A stretch of 64,000 nt of DNA from Candidatus Latescibacterota bacterium (GCA_965223905.1 CBDCXV010000010.1:1184001-1248000), one strand, 5' to 3'; positions 1-11,511 are shown, counted from the first letter of the stretch. Notes: generated from the letters alone by a model not told the origin. Program-made: numbers and translations.

Positions 1-1047
1 TTCGAGCTGCTCGCCCACGCCACGAGCGACATTCCCCAAGCCCTTCGCGAGGGGCTGTTCGACCTGTTCAAGCCAGACGCGCCGGTCGACGATCTGCCGG
101 GGCTGGACTTCGAGCTCGGCGAGGCGCTCGCCGCGGCCGCCCTCGAGGTAATCCGCAAGGCCGGCGCCGACCCCGCCGATGTCGACCTGATCGGCTCCCA
201 CGGGCAGACGGTGCGCCATTTCCCCGGGGCCGGCACGCCCTCGACCCTGCAGATCGGGGAGCCCGCGGTGATCGCCCAGCGCACCGGCATCACCACTGTG
301 GCCGACTTCCGGCCCGCGGACATCGCCCTGGGCGGCCAGGGGGCGCCGCTGGTGCCGCTGGTCGATCTCCTGCTCTTCGGCCATCCCGGGCGGGGGCGCC
401 TGATGCTGAATATCGGCGGCATCGCCAACGTCACCATACTGCCCCCCGGGGCCGGAGTCGACGACGTCGCCGCCTTCGATCTCGGCCCCGGCAACATGCT
501 CGTCGACGGCGCGGTCTCGTTACTGACCGGAGGCCGCGAGCGCTTCGACCGCGACGGCCGCCGCGCCGCCGCGGGCGCGGTCGACGAGGAGTGGCTGGCG
601 CGCCTCCTCGGGCACGAGTTTCTGCACCGGCCGCCGCCGAAATCGACCGGCCGGGAGGAGTTCGGCGCCGAGTACCTGTTCGAGGTGATGGCTGGAAGCG
701 GGCTAGGGGGAGACGCCCTGATCGCCACCCTGACGGCGTTCACCGCGGGCGCAATCGTTCAGGGGATCGGCCGTTTCGCCCTGGCCGGCGCCAGGATGGA
801 GGAGCTCTGGGTCAGCGGCGGCGGCGTGCACAACCGGTGCCTGATGCAGCAGATCGCGCGCGGGCTGCCCGATCTTCGCGTGGCGCCCACGGACGAACTC
901 GGGGTGCCGGCGGACGCCAAGGAAGCCCTCGCCTTTGCGGTGCTCGCCAACGAGACGCTGGCCGGCAACAGCGGCAACCTGCCGGCGGCGACCGGGGCGT
1001 CGCGCGCCGCGGTGCTGGGCAAGATCTGCCCCGGCCGAAGGGGATGA
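1..1047 (+). CDS. anmK: Anhydro-N-acetylmuramic acid kinase (5' truncated by window edge)
   Basis: Frame is open from base 1. Motifs IGSHGQT, DFRPAD..GGQGAPLVP, NIGGIAN, FDLGPGN, PPPKSTGRE, SGGGVHN and AKEALAFA. Confidence 0.93.
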   Translation, partial: FELLAHATSDIPQALREGLFDLFKPDAPVDDLPGLDFELGEALAAAALEVIRKAGADPADVDLIGSHGQTVRHFPGAGTPSTLQIGEPAVIAQRTGITTVADFRPADIALGGQGAPLVPLVDLLLFGHPGRGRLMLNIGGIANVTILPPGAGVDDVAAFDLGPGNMLVDGAVSLLTGGRERFDRDGRRAAAGAVDEEWLARLLGHEFLHRPPPKSTGREEFGAEYLFEVMAGSGLGGDALIATLTAFTAGAIVQGIGRFALAGARMEELWVSGGGVHNRCLMQQIARGLPDLRVAPTDELGVPADAKEALAFAVLANETLAGNSGNLPAATGASRAAVLGKICPGRRG

Positions 1048-1153
1048 AGGGCCGGGTGCAAGCCGGCGGCCGGGGGGGTTAGGGTGTGGCGCCGGGCAAC
1101 CCCGATTCACAACTCTCTCACCACTCACACAAGACCAACGGGACCGCACGACC

Positions 1154-4066
1154 ATGAGCCATGACTTCGAACTGATCGCCGAGCGCGACATCGCCGAGCT
1201 CGACACCCGCGGCCGCCTCTACCGCCACCGCACCGGCGCGGAGCTGCTGTCGCTTTCGAACGACGACGAGAACAAGGTCTTCGGCATAACCTTCCGGACC
1301 CCGCCCGAGGATTCGACCGGCGTGGCCCACATCCTCGAGCACTCGGTGCTGTGCGGCTCGCGCAAGTACCCGGTCAAGGAGCCGTTCGTCGAGCTCCTCA
1401 AAGGTTCGCTGAAGACCTTCCTCAACGCCTTCACCTACCCCGACAAGACCTGCTATCCCGTCGCCAGCCAGAACCTCCAGGATTTCTACAACCTCATCGA
1501 CGTCTACCTCGACGCGGTCTTCCACCCCCGTCTGACGCCGCAGGTCCTGCAGCAGGAGGGCTGGCATTACGAGCTCGAGGAGGCCAGCGGCCCCCTGGTG
1601 TTCAAGGGGGTTGTGTTCAACGAGATGAAGGGGGCGAACTCCTCCCCCGACCGGGTGATGGCGGAGTACGTGCAGCACTCGCTGTTCCCCGACAACACCT
1701 ACGGCGTCGATTCCGGCGGCCACCCGCGCGAGATACCGGGCCTGACCTACGAGCAGTTCGAGAGCTTCCACCGCGACTTCTACCACCCGGCCAACGCGCG
1801 CATCTACTTCTACGGAGACGACCCGGTCGAGCGCCGCTTCGAGCTGCTCGAGGAGTACCTGGGCGAATACGAGGCGGCCGAGATCAGGTCGGCGGTCGCC
1901 TGGCAGCCCCCGTTCGCCGGGCCGCGGCGGGTCGAGCGCACCTACGCCGCGGGTGAGGAAGGGGGCGGGGACGGCCGCGCCAGGAGCATGGTCACCGTCA
2001 ACTGGCTTATGCACGAGGAAATCGATCCGGTGACCGGTCTCGGGTTGCAGATTCTGGACCACGTGCTGCTGGGGACCCCGGCATCGCCGTTGCGCAAGGC
2101 GCTGATCGAGTCAGGCCTCGGTGAAGATCTTTCCGGTATCGGCATGGAGACCGAGCTGCAGCAGTTCTTCTTCTCGATCGGCCTGAAGGGGGTCGCCGGC
2201 GAAGACGAGGAGCGGGTCGTCGAGTTGGTCCTGAAGACCCTGGAATCGCTGGCGGAGGAGGGCATCGCCAAGGAGACGGTGACCGCGGCGCTCAACACCT
2301 CGGAGTTCCGTCTGCGGGAGAACAACACCGGCTCCTACCCCCGCGGCCTGGCGCTGATGCTCAGGGCGCTGACGACGTGGCTCTACGACCGCGACCCGTT
2401 CGCGCCGCTCTCCTACGCCGGGCCCCTGGCCGAGGTCAGGGAGCGGGCCGAGGCCGGCGGCTGGTTCGAGCAGCTGATCAGGCGTCACCTGCTCGACAAC
2501 AGCCACTGCACCATGCTCTACCTGCGCGCCGACGAGGAGCAGGCCCGGCGCGAGGAGCAGGAGGAGGAGCAGCAGCTGAGCCGCTCGCGCGCGGGGATGA
2601 GCGCGGGTCAGCTGCGGGAGATCGCCGCGGACGCCGAAGAGCTCGCCCGGCGCCAGCAGCAACCGGACGACCCTGCCGATCTCGCCAGGCTGCCGCGCCT
2701 GACCCTGGGCGACCTGGAACCGGAGATCCGCACCCTGCCTCTGGACAGGGGGGAAGTCGCCGGCGCCCCCGCCCTGTTCCACGACCTCTTCACAAACGGC
2801 ATCGTCTACGCGGACGTCGGCTTCGAGGTACGCACCGTGCCGCAGCGGCTGCTCCCCTACCTGCCGCTGTTCGGGCGCGCCCTGCTCGAGATGGGCACCG
2901 AAAAGGATTCTTTCGTCCAGCTCGCGCAGCGCATCGGCTCGCGCACCGGCGGTATCTGGCCGCACACCCTGGTGTCGTCCAGGCGCGGCTCGGAAGATGC
3001 CCTGGCGCGGTTCTTTCTGCGCGCCAAGGCAATGGTCGGCCGGGTCGGCGACCTCGTCGACATCATGGGGGACATCCTCAACACGGTGAACCTCGACAAC
3101 CGGGACCGGTTCCTGCAGATGGCGCTCGAGGAGCGCGCCGAGCAGGAGGCCGGCCTGGTTCCCGGGGGGCACGGGGTCGTCGCCCTGCGCCTGCGGGCTC
3201 AGCTCGACGAGGCGGCGTGGGTGTCGGAGCAGATGGAAGGGGTCAGCTATCTCTTTTTCCTGCGGCAGCTGGTCGCCGATATCGAGAGCGACTGGCCCGG
3301 GGTGCTCGCCAGGCTGGAGGAGCTGCGCCGCCTGCTGGTGAACCGGCGCACCCTGCTGTGCAACGCCACCCTCCCGGACGCCGACCGCCCCGGGTTCGAG
3401 AGGCAGCTCGCCGGGCTGGTCGAGGCGCTGCCGGAAGCTCCCGCGGAAGAGGCGGCGTGGGAACCGGGCTACGACAGCAAGTGCGAGGGGCTGGTGATCC
3501 CGGCGCAGGTCAACTACGTCGGCAAGGCCGCGAACCTATACGAGCTCGGGTACGAGCTGCACGGCTCGGTCGCCGTGATCACGCGCTATCTCCGCAACAC
3601 CTGGCTGTGGGACCGCGTCCGCGTCCAGGGCGGCGCCTACGGGGCCTTCTGCTCATTCGATCACTTCTCGGGGATCCTCGCCTTCGCTTCGTACCGCGAC
3701 CCCAACCTCCGGGAGACCCTCGCCAACTTCGACGACTCGGGGCGCTTCCTGCGCGAGGTCGATCTCTCCTGGGAGGAGTTGACCAAGGCGATCATCGGGA
3801 CGATCGGCGACTTCGACGCCTACCAGCTTCCCGACGCCAAGGGCTACACCTCGATGGTGAGGGAGCTCACCGGCATGGATGACGGGTTTCGCCAGCGCAT
3901 GCGGGATGCGGTGCTGGCGACCACGGCCGCGGAGTTCCGGGACTTCGCCGACGTGCTCGAACGGGTGAGGCAGAGCGGCCGCATAGCGGTGCTGGGATCG
4001 CGCGACGCCCTGGAAGCGGCCAACGCCGACGGCGGGCAGGCCCTGGAGCTGGTGCCGGTGTTGTAG
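1154..4066 (+). CDS. M16C zinc metallopeptidase (presequence protease/insulinase family)
   Basis: Inverted zinc motif HILEH, plus GSRKYPVKEPF, FLNAFTYPDKTCYP, GVVFNEMKG, RVQGGAYG and SYRDPN. ATG at 1154. Confidence 0.92.
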   Translation: MSHDFELIAERDIAELDTRGRLYRHRTGAELLSLSNDDENKVFGITFRTPPEDSTGVAHILEHSVLCGSRKYPVKEPFVELLKGSLKTFLNAFTYPDKTCYPVASQNLQDFYNLIDVYLDAVFHPRLTPQVLQQEGWHYELEEASGPLVFKGVVFNEMKGANSSPDRVMAEYVQHSLFPDNTYGVDSGGHPREIPGLTYEQFESFHRDFYHPANARIYFYGDDPVERRFELLEEYLGEYEAAEIRSAVAWQPPFAGPRRVERTYAAGEEGGGDGRARSMVTVNWLMHEEIDPVTGLGLQILDHVLLGTPASPLRKALIESGLGEDLSGIGMETELQQFFFSIGLKGVAGEDEERVVELVLKTLESLAEEGIAKETVTAALNTSEFRLRENNTGSYPRGLALMLRALTTWLYDRDPFAPLSYAGPLAEVRERAEAGGWFEQLIRRHLLDNSHCTMLYLRADEEQARREEQEEEQQLSRSRAGMSAGQLREIAADAEELARRQQQPDDPADLARLPRLTLGDLEPEIRTLPLDRGEVAGAPALFHDLFTNGIVYADVGFEVRTVPQRLLPYLPLFGRALLEMGTEKDSFVQLAQRIGSRTGGIWPHTLVSSRRGSEDALARFFLRAKAMVGRVGDLVDIMGDILNTVNLDNRDRFLQMALEERAEQEAGLVPGGHGVVALRLRAQLDEAAWVSEQMEGVSYLFFLRQLVADIESDWPGVLARLEELRRLLVNRRTLLCNATLPDADRPGFERQLAGLVEALPEAPAEEAAWEPGYDSKCEGLVIPAQVNYVGKAANLYELGYELHGSVAVITRYLRNTWLWDRVRVQGGAYGAFCSFDHFSGILAFASYRDPNLRETLANFDDSGRFLREVDLSWEELTKAIIGTIGDFDAYQLPDAKGYTSMVRELTGMDDGFRQRMRDAVLATTAAEFRDFADVLERVRQSGRIAVLGSRDALEAANADGGQALELVPVL

Positions 4067-4152
4067 GTTGTCTTTCGCTCCGACCGGGGATCTGGAGGGT
4101 TCGTTACGGTTCCCGGACTGCCAGGGTGATCCGCCTCGGACACCGTGGTATC

Positions 4153-5051
4153 TCATTCGGCAAGGCCGGACTTGATGCGGCCCCAGGAAACGGTTTCCGC
4201 AACAGTGTTGTCGTCAGGGCTCTTCACAAGAACGCCTCTGGCCCTCACCTCGGACGGCGACGGATCGAAGGTCTCATCCTCTCTCTGTCCGAACAAACCG
4301 AATGTGATATCCTCGCGGTCCGGGTCGGCGTCTGCTATCAAGAGCGAAAACAGGATCTCCTTGCCTGGGTAGAGGTCCGAGATTACGGATTCCTTCGGAT
4401 CGGCCCAGAGGAACCGATCGAACGGCGTTACGTAAAATTCGAGAACAGAAAAGATCGGCTGGCTGTCGACTATGCCGCCGCCGCCGTCGGCGTAGGGTAC
4501 CTGGTGAACCCAGGGCGCGGAGGCGCTCATGATGAACAGGGTTGCGTTGCTGTCATTGAGGTAGGTCCTTGCAAAGGCGGCGTAAAGCTGTGCTTCCTTC
4601 ATGTCCAGCGGTCCCCCCCGGGATGTTCGGGGTCGTTTGCGAGCACCCCATCGGCATCCATGTCGCCGTCCACGGAAAACCACAAGGCCCCATCGCCGAA
4701 GGGCAATGAAAAACCCTCGTCGCGTTCGTACGGGTTTTCGTGGAAATCGTGGACGAACTCCGCGGCCACGAACAGATGGTCGCCGGCATCGTGCCAGGCG
4801 AGCCAGACGCGGAAGTCGAATGACGATGGGTCGTATGATTCCCCTGGAAGGCCGGCGAAATCGAGGGGCGTCAACGTCGGCTCCCCGAGGGCGTCCGGCC
4901 AGTCCTCGACCTGACCGTCCTTGAGGTCGATGCGGGCCCGCATCTCGTCGGTCAGCTCGATGAACGGATACACCCGGTCCTGAAGCTGTGCCTCCGAAAG
5001 ATGGGCCGTCACCAGCAGGGGAATTGCAATTCCTGACGCCAGCGCTCGCAT
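4153..5051 (-). CDS. Secreted hypothetical protein ending SWGRIK; frameshifted at the C7 run 4613-4619
   Basis: RBS AAAGGAG then ATG 5051 and a signal-peptide-like start (MRALASGIAIPLLVTAHLSEA). ORFs 4599..5270 and 4153..4683 join at a homopolymer. C-terminus TVAETVSWGRIKSGLAE. Confidence 0.75.
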
Positions 5052-5152
5052 ACGGGAACTCCTTTTCCGCGGGCGGCTGGTGGTTGGTCCCAACATGCGC
5101 CGGGGTTTCTCGGCCGCAAACGAAATTGGGCGGCCCTGCAATGACAGCCAGG

Positions 5153-5444
5153 CTACTCCAACTCCAGGGAGGCCTTGATTCTTCCCCAGGTCACGTCCCT
5201 TGCGGCGGTGTCTTCCATACTCCCGCCTGCCCCGACAAGCAGTCCTCCGGACCAGGTGCTTGAATCCCACTTTTCCTGGGTAAAAGCAGTAGGAGAAAGG
5301 GCGTACGCGCTTTTCGGCTCGTTATATATGCTGGGTTCGATATCTCCAAGGACCATTCCGAAGCGAATGAACTTCCCCGGGAAAAGGTCGGAAACCTCGC
5401 TTTCTTCCGGATTTCCCAGACGAAGCGGTTGAAAGCAGTGACAT
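5153..5444 (-). pseudogene. 3' half of an interrupted paralog of the 4153-5051 gene (ends TWGRIK)
   Basis: VTAFNRFVW / NPEESEVSDLFPGKFIRF...DVTWGRIKASLELE aligns with the paralog's VTPFDRFLWADPKESVISDLYPGKEILF...SWGRIK. It begins exactly at the element end. Confidence 0.75.
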
Positions 5445-5622
5445 GAACCTGTCTCAAATTATCTGAGCCGTATCAGAACCCACTCTTTCCTTCGTCGGTC
5501 AGATTTCAGGGGCAGAGCTTGGAAACCTGGCTCAAAACGGTCTGAGCAGAACCCGATCCTCGTCATTTTCACAGTAAACCGATCAGGTTATAGGGGCTCA
5601 TTCCCGATTTCGGGACAGGTTC
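5445..5622 (+). repeat. MITE-like repeat, left copy (178 bp)
   Basis: Aligns over its length with 13271-13443. Starts GAACCTGTCTCAAA and ends with a decayed TTCGGGACAGGTTC. Internal second left end AACCTGGCTCAAAA at ~5524. Confidence 0.88.
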
Positions 5623-5672
5623 GAATCAGCAGGAGGCGGTTGCCCGGTTGGAAGAGGCGGACGCCGAGGCCG

Positions 5673-6854
5673 TCACGAGGACCCCCGGGCGCGCCACCAA
5701 CCCACCAGCACCTGGGCGGCCGGCAGCATGAAGGCGGCGTCGAGGGGCAGGCGGAAGCGGATGTGGGCGAAGAACAGGGCGTGGATGGCCGTCATGCTCA
5801 GCGCCAGCGAAGCGATGAGCCAGAAGGCGGGCTGGCCGGCCAGGCGGCTGAGGCCCCACAGCCCCAGGATCAGCACCGGGCCGCAGGAGAGCAGGGAAAC
5901 GGCCTGGCGCAGGGGGGATTCCCCTACTGCCATCGGGTTCCAGAAGTGGGCGGTTTTCAGCAGGGCCAGCCCCAGGCAGCGCAGTGGATCGGCCAGGCAG
6001 CCCTGCAACACCAGGCGGGTGCCCAGAAGCTCCTTGTCGAAGGGGTGAGCGGCCGCCGCGGTAAATTCCGCGAACAGGGCCCGGTAGTCGGTCCCCTCTC
6101 GGTAAAGACCGGTTGCTTCCGGTTCGTGGCCGATGAACAGGTTGATGCCGATGTTGGACGAAACGGGAATGAAGCGGCCTTCGAGAAGGGCATTGCGCCA
6201 GGTCCACGGAGCGATGACGAGGACCGCGGCAGCGGCGATCAGGCCTGTGTGCAGGGCTCCTGGATGGCCGCTCCTTTTGCACCTGCGCCAGGCGTCCCAC
6301 AAAAGCAGAGGCGCCCAGGCCAGGACCACGGCTTTGCACAGGGCGCCCAAGCCGAGGAGGAGGCCGATTAACGCCGCGCCAGCTGGCCTGGGAGCCTCGC
6401 CCCAGCGCAGGGTGGCCCACAGCACCGCGGTGATGAGGAAAACCAGCAAGGTCTCGCTCATCAGGGCGCCGGTAAAGAAGATGAAGAGGGGGTACAAGGC
6501 GGCCAGGGCCGCGGCGACCAGCCCGGTTTGGGTCCCGCCCAGGCGCCGGCCGCAGCCGTAGAGCAGGGCGCAGGTGGCGGTGCCCAGAAGGGCCTGCCAC
6601 AGGCGGGCGGCGGCCGCATCGTGGCCGTGCAGTTGGTAGACCCCGGCCAGCAGCAGGGGATAGAGCGGCGGCCGGTAGGGCTTGCCGTCAGGATGCAGCA
6701 GGCCCGCCAGCCAGAAGCTGCGGGCCAAGCTGTCCCAATGGCGCTCGTCAGTGGACGCGGACAGATCGCAGCGAGTCAGGCCGAAGCCGGCGCGCAGGAC
6801 CAGGGCGAGGATCAGGATCGCCAGAAGGGGGCCGCGGCTCCGTTCAGTTGGCAC
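5673..6854 (-). CDS. Polytopic membrane glycosyltransferase (ArnT/PMT-like, GT-C fold)
   Basis: Multiple TM segments with DE after TM1 (STDERHW), YRPPLYP, LMSETL, PWTWRN and HIRFRLP. Start uncertain (GTG 6854; ORF open to 6935). Confidence 0.75.
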   Translation of the reverse strand: MPTERSRGPLLAILILALVLRAGFGLTRCDLSASTDERHWDSLARSFWLAGLLHPDGKPYRPPLYPLLLAGVYQLHGHDAAAARLWQALLGTATCALLYGCGRRLGGTQTGLVAAALAALYPLFIFFTGALMSETLLVFLITAVLWATLRWGEAPRPAGAALIGLLLGLGALCKAVVLAWAPLLLWDAWRRCKRSGHPGALHTGLIAAAAVLVIAPWTWRNALLEGRFIPVSSNIGINLFIGHEPEATGLYREGTDYRALFAEFTAAAAHPFDKELLGTRLVLQGCLADPLRCLGLALLKTAHFWNPMAVGESPLRQAVSLLSCGPVLILGLWGLSRLAGQPAFWLIASLALSMTAIHALFFAHIRFRLPLDAAFMLPAAQVLVGWWRARGSS

Positions 6855-6864
6855 GTTTCTTTCA

Positions 6865-6902
6865 CGATCAGCTATATTTTCGTATTCCCGATTTTGAGAC
6901 AG
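6865..6902 (+). repeat. Degenerate third copy of the MITE right end
   Basis: CGATCAG...ATTCCCGATTTTGAGACAG matches the 3' ends of both full copies (ATTCCCGATTTCGGGACAG and ATTCTCGATTTTGAGACAG). Confidence 0.6.
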
Positions 6903-7060
6903 TGTCCCGTCATTCGTCACTGTCAACTCTCCCACAAAAGATCCACTGCCGTCCCGGCACTTCAGCGCGCGACCGAATGGAATCGGAGAGATTCGTTGAG
7001 GTAGCGCCTGTCTGCGTGCGACGCACAGGCAGGCGACACCGGATTGGGCCCGCAGCCCGG

Positions 7061-10000
7061 ATGGAGGCAGCGCGAAACCTGCTCTTCAACCGGCTCCTAA
7101 TCCTTCTCATCCTGTCGCTCCCGGGTCCGGCCCGATCCGACCTTTTCCTCAACGAACTCCTGGCCTTGAACGTGACTGCCCACGCCGACGCCCGGGGCCA
7201 GTACGAGGATTGGATTGAAATCTACAACTCCGGGGACGCCGCGGTCGATCTGGCCCGTTATTCCATGATCGACGACTGGCCCGACAAAACCCCCTGGCGG
7301 ATCCCGGCCGGCCATGCCGACCGAACCACTGTACCGCCCCGGGGCTACCTCCTCCTGTACGCCGACGGCGAGCCTTCCGCTGGAGCCGACCACCTCCCTT
7401 TCCGCCTCAGTAAGAACGGAGAGCTCGTCGTCCTGATCGCCCCGGACGGCGCCACCCTTGTGGACAGCGTCTCCTTCCCCGTCCAGTTGCGCGATGTTTC
7501 CTACGGCCGTCCCTCCGGCCGCATCCGCCCGTGGGTCTATTTCCCCGAGCCCACCCCGGGGGACGCCAACGGCAGAGGTTGGGAAACCTTTGTTCCGCCC
7601 CCTGTCATCGAGGCGGAAAGCGGCCTGTTCGACGACGGCCCGGCCGTCTCCGTGCTGGCCGCGCGCCCGGGAGATCTGGTGCGCTATACCCTGGACGGAT
7701 CCGATCCGACCGCGTCCTCGGCCCGCTATGAAAAACCGATTGAGATCGCCCTGACGACCGTGCTCAAGGCCCGTTCCTTTGCCGAAGGCGCCTTGCCGAG
7801 CGCTGTGGTCGCCCGGGTCTTTCTGGTCGACGTCCGCCACACCCTGCCGATCCTGACCGTGCTCACCGATCCGGCCAATCTGCACGACCCCGACAGGGGA
7901 ATCCTCACAAACGACCAGCCCGGACGCGCCTGGGAGCGCTTTGTCGAGCTGGCCTTTTTCGAGGGGGGACGACTCGGATTCCAAGTGCCGGCCGGCCTGC
8001 GCCTGCAGGGCAATACCGGACCGAAGGAGTACCGGAAGAAATCCTTTCGCGCCTTTTTCCGCGGCGGTTACGGCGCCGCCGACCTGGAGTACTCTCTGTA
8101 CCCCAGGGACCGCGTAGACCAGTTCAACCGTCTGGTCCTGCGCTCGGGCTATGACGACAGTCTGGAACCGACCGAAAAATCGACCAACCGCGGGGGCACC
8201 CTGCTGCACGACCCACTGGCCGCGGAAATGTGGGGCCGCATCGGCGGCCTGACCCCGCAGAGCCGCTTTGCCGTGCTCTACCTCAATGCCGGTTTCACCG
8301 GCATTTACGACCTCAAGCAGAATATCGACGAGGATTTTGTCCAGGACCATCTCGGGTACGGACGACGTCGACCTGGTGCGCACCCGCTGGGACTCGACCG
8401 AGCTGGTCCACGGCGACAAGGAGAAGTGGGGACGAGATGATCCGCTTCTTCGCCGGCCACAGCCTTGTCGACGACGAGCTCGCCGCGGCCGGACGCCTGC
8501 TCGACCTCGACAACTTCATCGACCTGCAGGCTCTGGTACACGCCATTCACTACCGCAATTGGGCGTACGGGGTATGGGCATTCAGGGAAAAGGAGGCGGA
8601 CGGCAGATGGCAGTGGACGATCTGGGACGCGGACCGAACCTTTGACAATGTCGACTGGGACGGCTTCACGACCTTGTTCAACCCGCTCAACCGCGAACTG
8701 GACAGCCTGCCTCACCAAGCGCCTGCTCGACAACGAATCCTTCCGGATCAAGTACATCAACCGCTTTGCCGATCTGTTCAATACCACCTTTTCGGGCCCG
8801 GAAGTCCTAAGCCTCGTCGATTCGCTGGCGCGGATCATAGAGCCGGAAATCCCGGGGGAAATCGACCGCTGGGGCAACACCGTGGAGAAGTGGGAGGAGA
8901 ACGTCGAACTCCTCCGCACCTTTGCCGCCCAACGCCCCCGGGCCGTGCGCCGGCAAATGGAGGAGTTCTTCCAGCTCGAAGGGCAGGTTCAATTGACTGT
9001 CGATGTCGAAGGGGAAGGGGAGGTGCAGGTAAATACCGCACGACCGGGCGAGTTCCCCTGGTCGGGGGTGTACTTCCGCAATATTCCGCTGCCGGTGCGG
9101 GCCCGCGCGGCGCCGGGACACCGCTTTGCCGGTTGGTCCGATCCGCGACTACCGGCCCGTCCCGCCGTCACCTTGACTCCGACCGGGGACCGCGTCCTCA
9201 AAGCCTTCTTCACCCCCGGGGAGGAGCCCGTCATCGCCGCGGAGCTCATCGCCCCGCAAAGCGTCCCCGCGGGCCGGCATTTTCCCTTTGTCGTGCGCCT
9301 GCGCAACCCGGACGGCAGTATTGAGCCGACTGAGCAGACCCCGATGCAGGTCCGTTTTTCAGGCGCGCGCGCCGATACCGTCATCGCCATCAAACGCGGC
9401 GCCGGAACGGGCGTGGCGCGGATGGGAGAAAGCGGTTTCACCCTCGAGGTGGAAAACGAGGCCGTGGCGACCGCTTCCAGGGATATAGCGCTGTCGACTC
9501 GCCCGGTGCAGGTCCAGGCCGGCAGCTTGCCCGCCGGCGAGGTGATCTGGGACGCGGCGGTCGATCATCTGGTCAGCGGCGATATCGCGGTCCCGGAAGA
9601 CACCCATCTCATCCTGGAGGCGGGCGCCTGGGTCGCCGTGGGGGCGCGGGTCAACTTCATCATCGACGGCCGCGTCTCGGTCCGGGGCACGGCCGCGGCC
9701 CCGGTGGTCCTCACCGCGGCCGACTGGCCCGAGCCCTGGGGGGGGATGGAATTCACCGAGGCCGAGGCCGACTTCCAGTACTGCATGGTGCTCAACGGCG
9801 GCGGCGACGACACCCGAGGGCTGTGGCACACCGGCCGGCAGCACATCTTTTTCGGCAAGGTCAATTCCACCTTCCATTTCGACCAGTGCTTCTACCTCAA
9901 CTCCCCGGGCAAGGTCTTCGGCACCTCCAATTCCGTCGCCTCGATCTCCAACTCCGTCTCCTCCTTCGTTCACCACGGCGGCGAATTTCTCCTGACCCTG

Positions 10001-11494
10001 CTGTCCTACCGCGACAGCCATTTCATGAACCTGCCCAACGACGACGGCCTGTACGAGCGCGACATCGACACCGACGGCCTGCACATCGATTTAGTCAGCG
10101 CTCGCTTCCCCCAGTACTCGGTAATCGACAACTGCTACTTTGTCACCGGCAAGGACGACGGCATCGACCACCGCGGCGCCCGCCTGCAGGTGTCAAACTG
10201 CTGGATCGAGGACTTTGCCCACGAGGGGATTGCCGCCTCTGGAGGGGATACTCTGCGCATTTTCAATACCCTGGTCCTCAACAACGACCAGGGCTTTGAA
10301 GCCGGGTACACAGAACGAGAATTCGACAGCGGGCCGCACGTTTTCATCGATCACTCGGTGGCCGTGGGCAATAATGTGGGCCTGCGCATTGGCGACGACT
10401 ACGACTGGGACGTCTGGACCTATAAGGACCGCATGACCGTGACCAATACCGTGCTCTACGACAACGCCGACAATATCCTCAACTTCGTCCACATCCTCGA
10501 CGGTCCCCTGGCCGGGGCCCTCGACATCTCGCATTCGCTGACCAACGACCCCGAATACGACGGGCGCAACGGCAATATCGCCGGGATACCGCGCTTCGAT
10601 GCCCGTTTCTATCTGCGGCCCGATTCCCCCGGCATTGCCGCCGGCCGGCACGGGGTGCCCCTGGGCCGGGGCGATCCCACCGCCTTGGAGCCGGTTGGCG
10701 TGGTGATCAACGAGGTGATGTACTCGGCGCCGGACAGCCTGGATACCGGCGACTGGATTGAGCTGTACAACCTGCTCGACAGCGACCAGGACCTGTCCGG
10801 CTGGCTGCTCAAGGACGACGACGACGACCACGTTTTCACGCTGCCCCCGGGCACACTCATCCCCGCGGGCGGGTACTGGGTGGTAAGCGCCGACACCGCC
10901 GCCTTCAGCGCCCACCACCCGGAGGTGGACAACCTGGTGGGCGAGATCCCCTTTGGCTTCGGCCGCAACGACCAGGTCCGCCTGTACTTCCCCTCGGGCG
11001 AAGTGGCCGACAGCCTGGCCTACAGGGAGATTGCCCCCTGGCCGGTGGCCGCGGCTCAGGGCTTCAGCCTGCGCTTGCTGGCCCCCCGCCTGGACAATGC
11101 GCGACCGGAGAACTGGGGCGCCTCTCACCAGTTAGGGGGCAGCCCCGGACGCCCCAACGATGACTCGGTGAGCGCGGTGCTCAATGCGGCCGCTGTCGCC
11201 GGGTCGCCGCGCCGGTTCGCCCTGGCGCAGAATTTTCCCAATCCCTTCAACCCCTTCACCCGCATCGAGTACACCCTGCCCCGTGCGGGCCGGGTCAGCC
11301 TTAGCGTCTTCAATCTGCTGGGCCAGAAAGTGGTCGATCTCGTTGACGACGAGCCCCAGGCCGCGGGCCGGTACGGCCTCGCCCTGAATGCCGGTCCCTG
11401 GTCGGGCGGCGTCTATTTCTACCGGCTCCGCCTCGACGATGGGACTGGCCTTCCCCCCCTGCAGCAGACCCGGAAAATGGTCCTGGCGAAGTAG
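7061..11494 (+). CDS. Large secreted protein: lamin-tail domain, Ig-like, CotH kinase-like, beta-helix, second lamin-tail, FPNPFN C-terminal domain; three +1 frameshifts (~8360, ~8430, ~8710)
   Basis: Signal peptide; LNELLA..DWIEIYN; RYTLDGSDP; RLQGN..KKSFR, WTIWDAD; DTDG/DDGID repeats; INEVMY..DWIELYN; LAQNFPNPFNP..RKMVLAK. Four ORF segments join by removing one extra G or C at each junction. Confidence 0.78.
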
Positions 11495-11511
11495 GGCGGC
11501 GCCCCAGGCTC

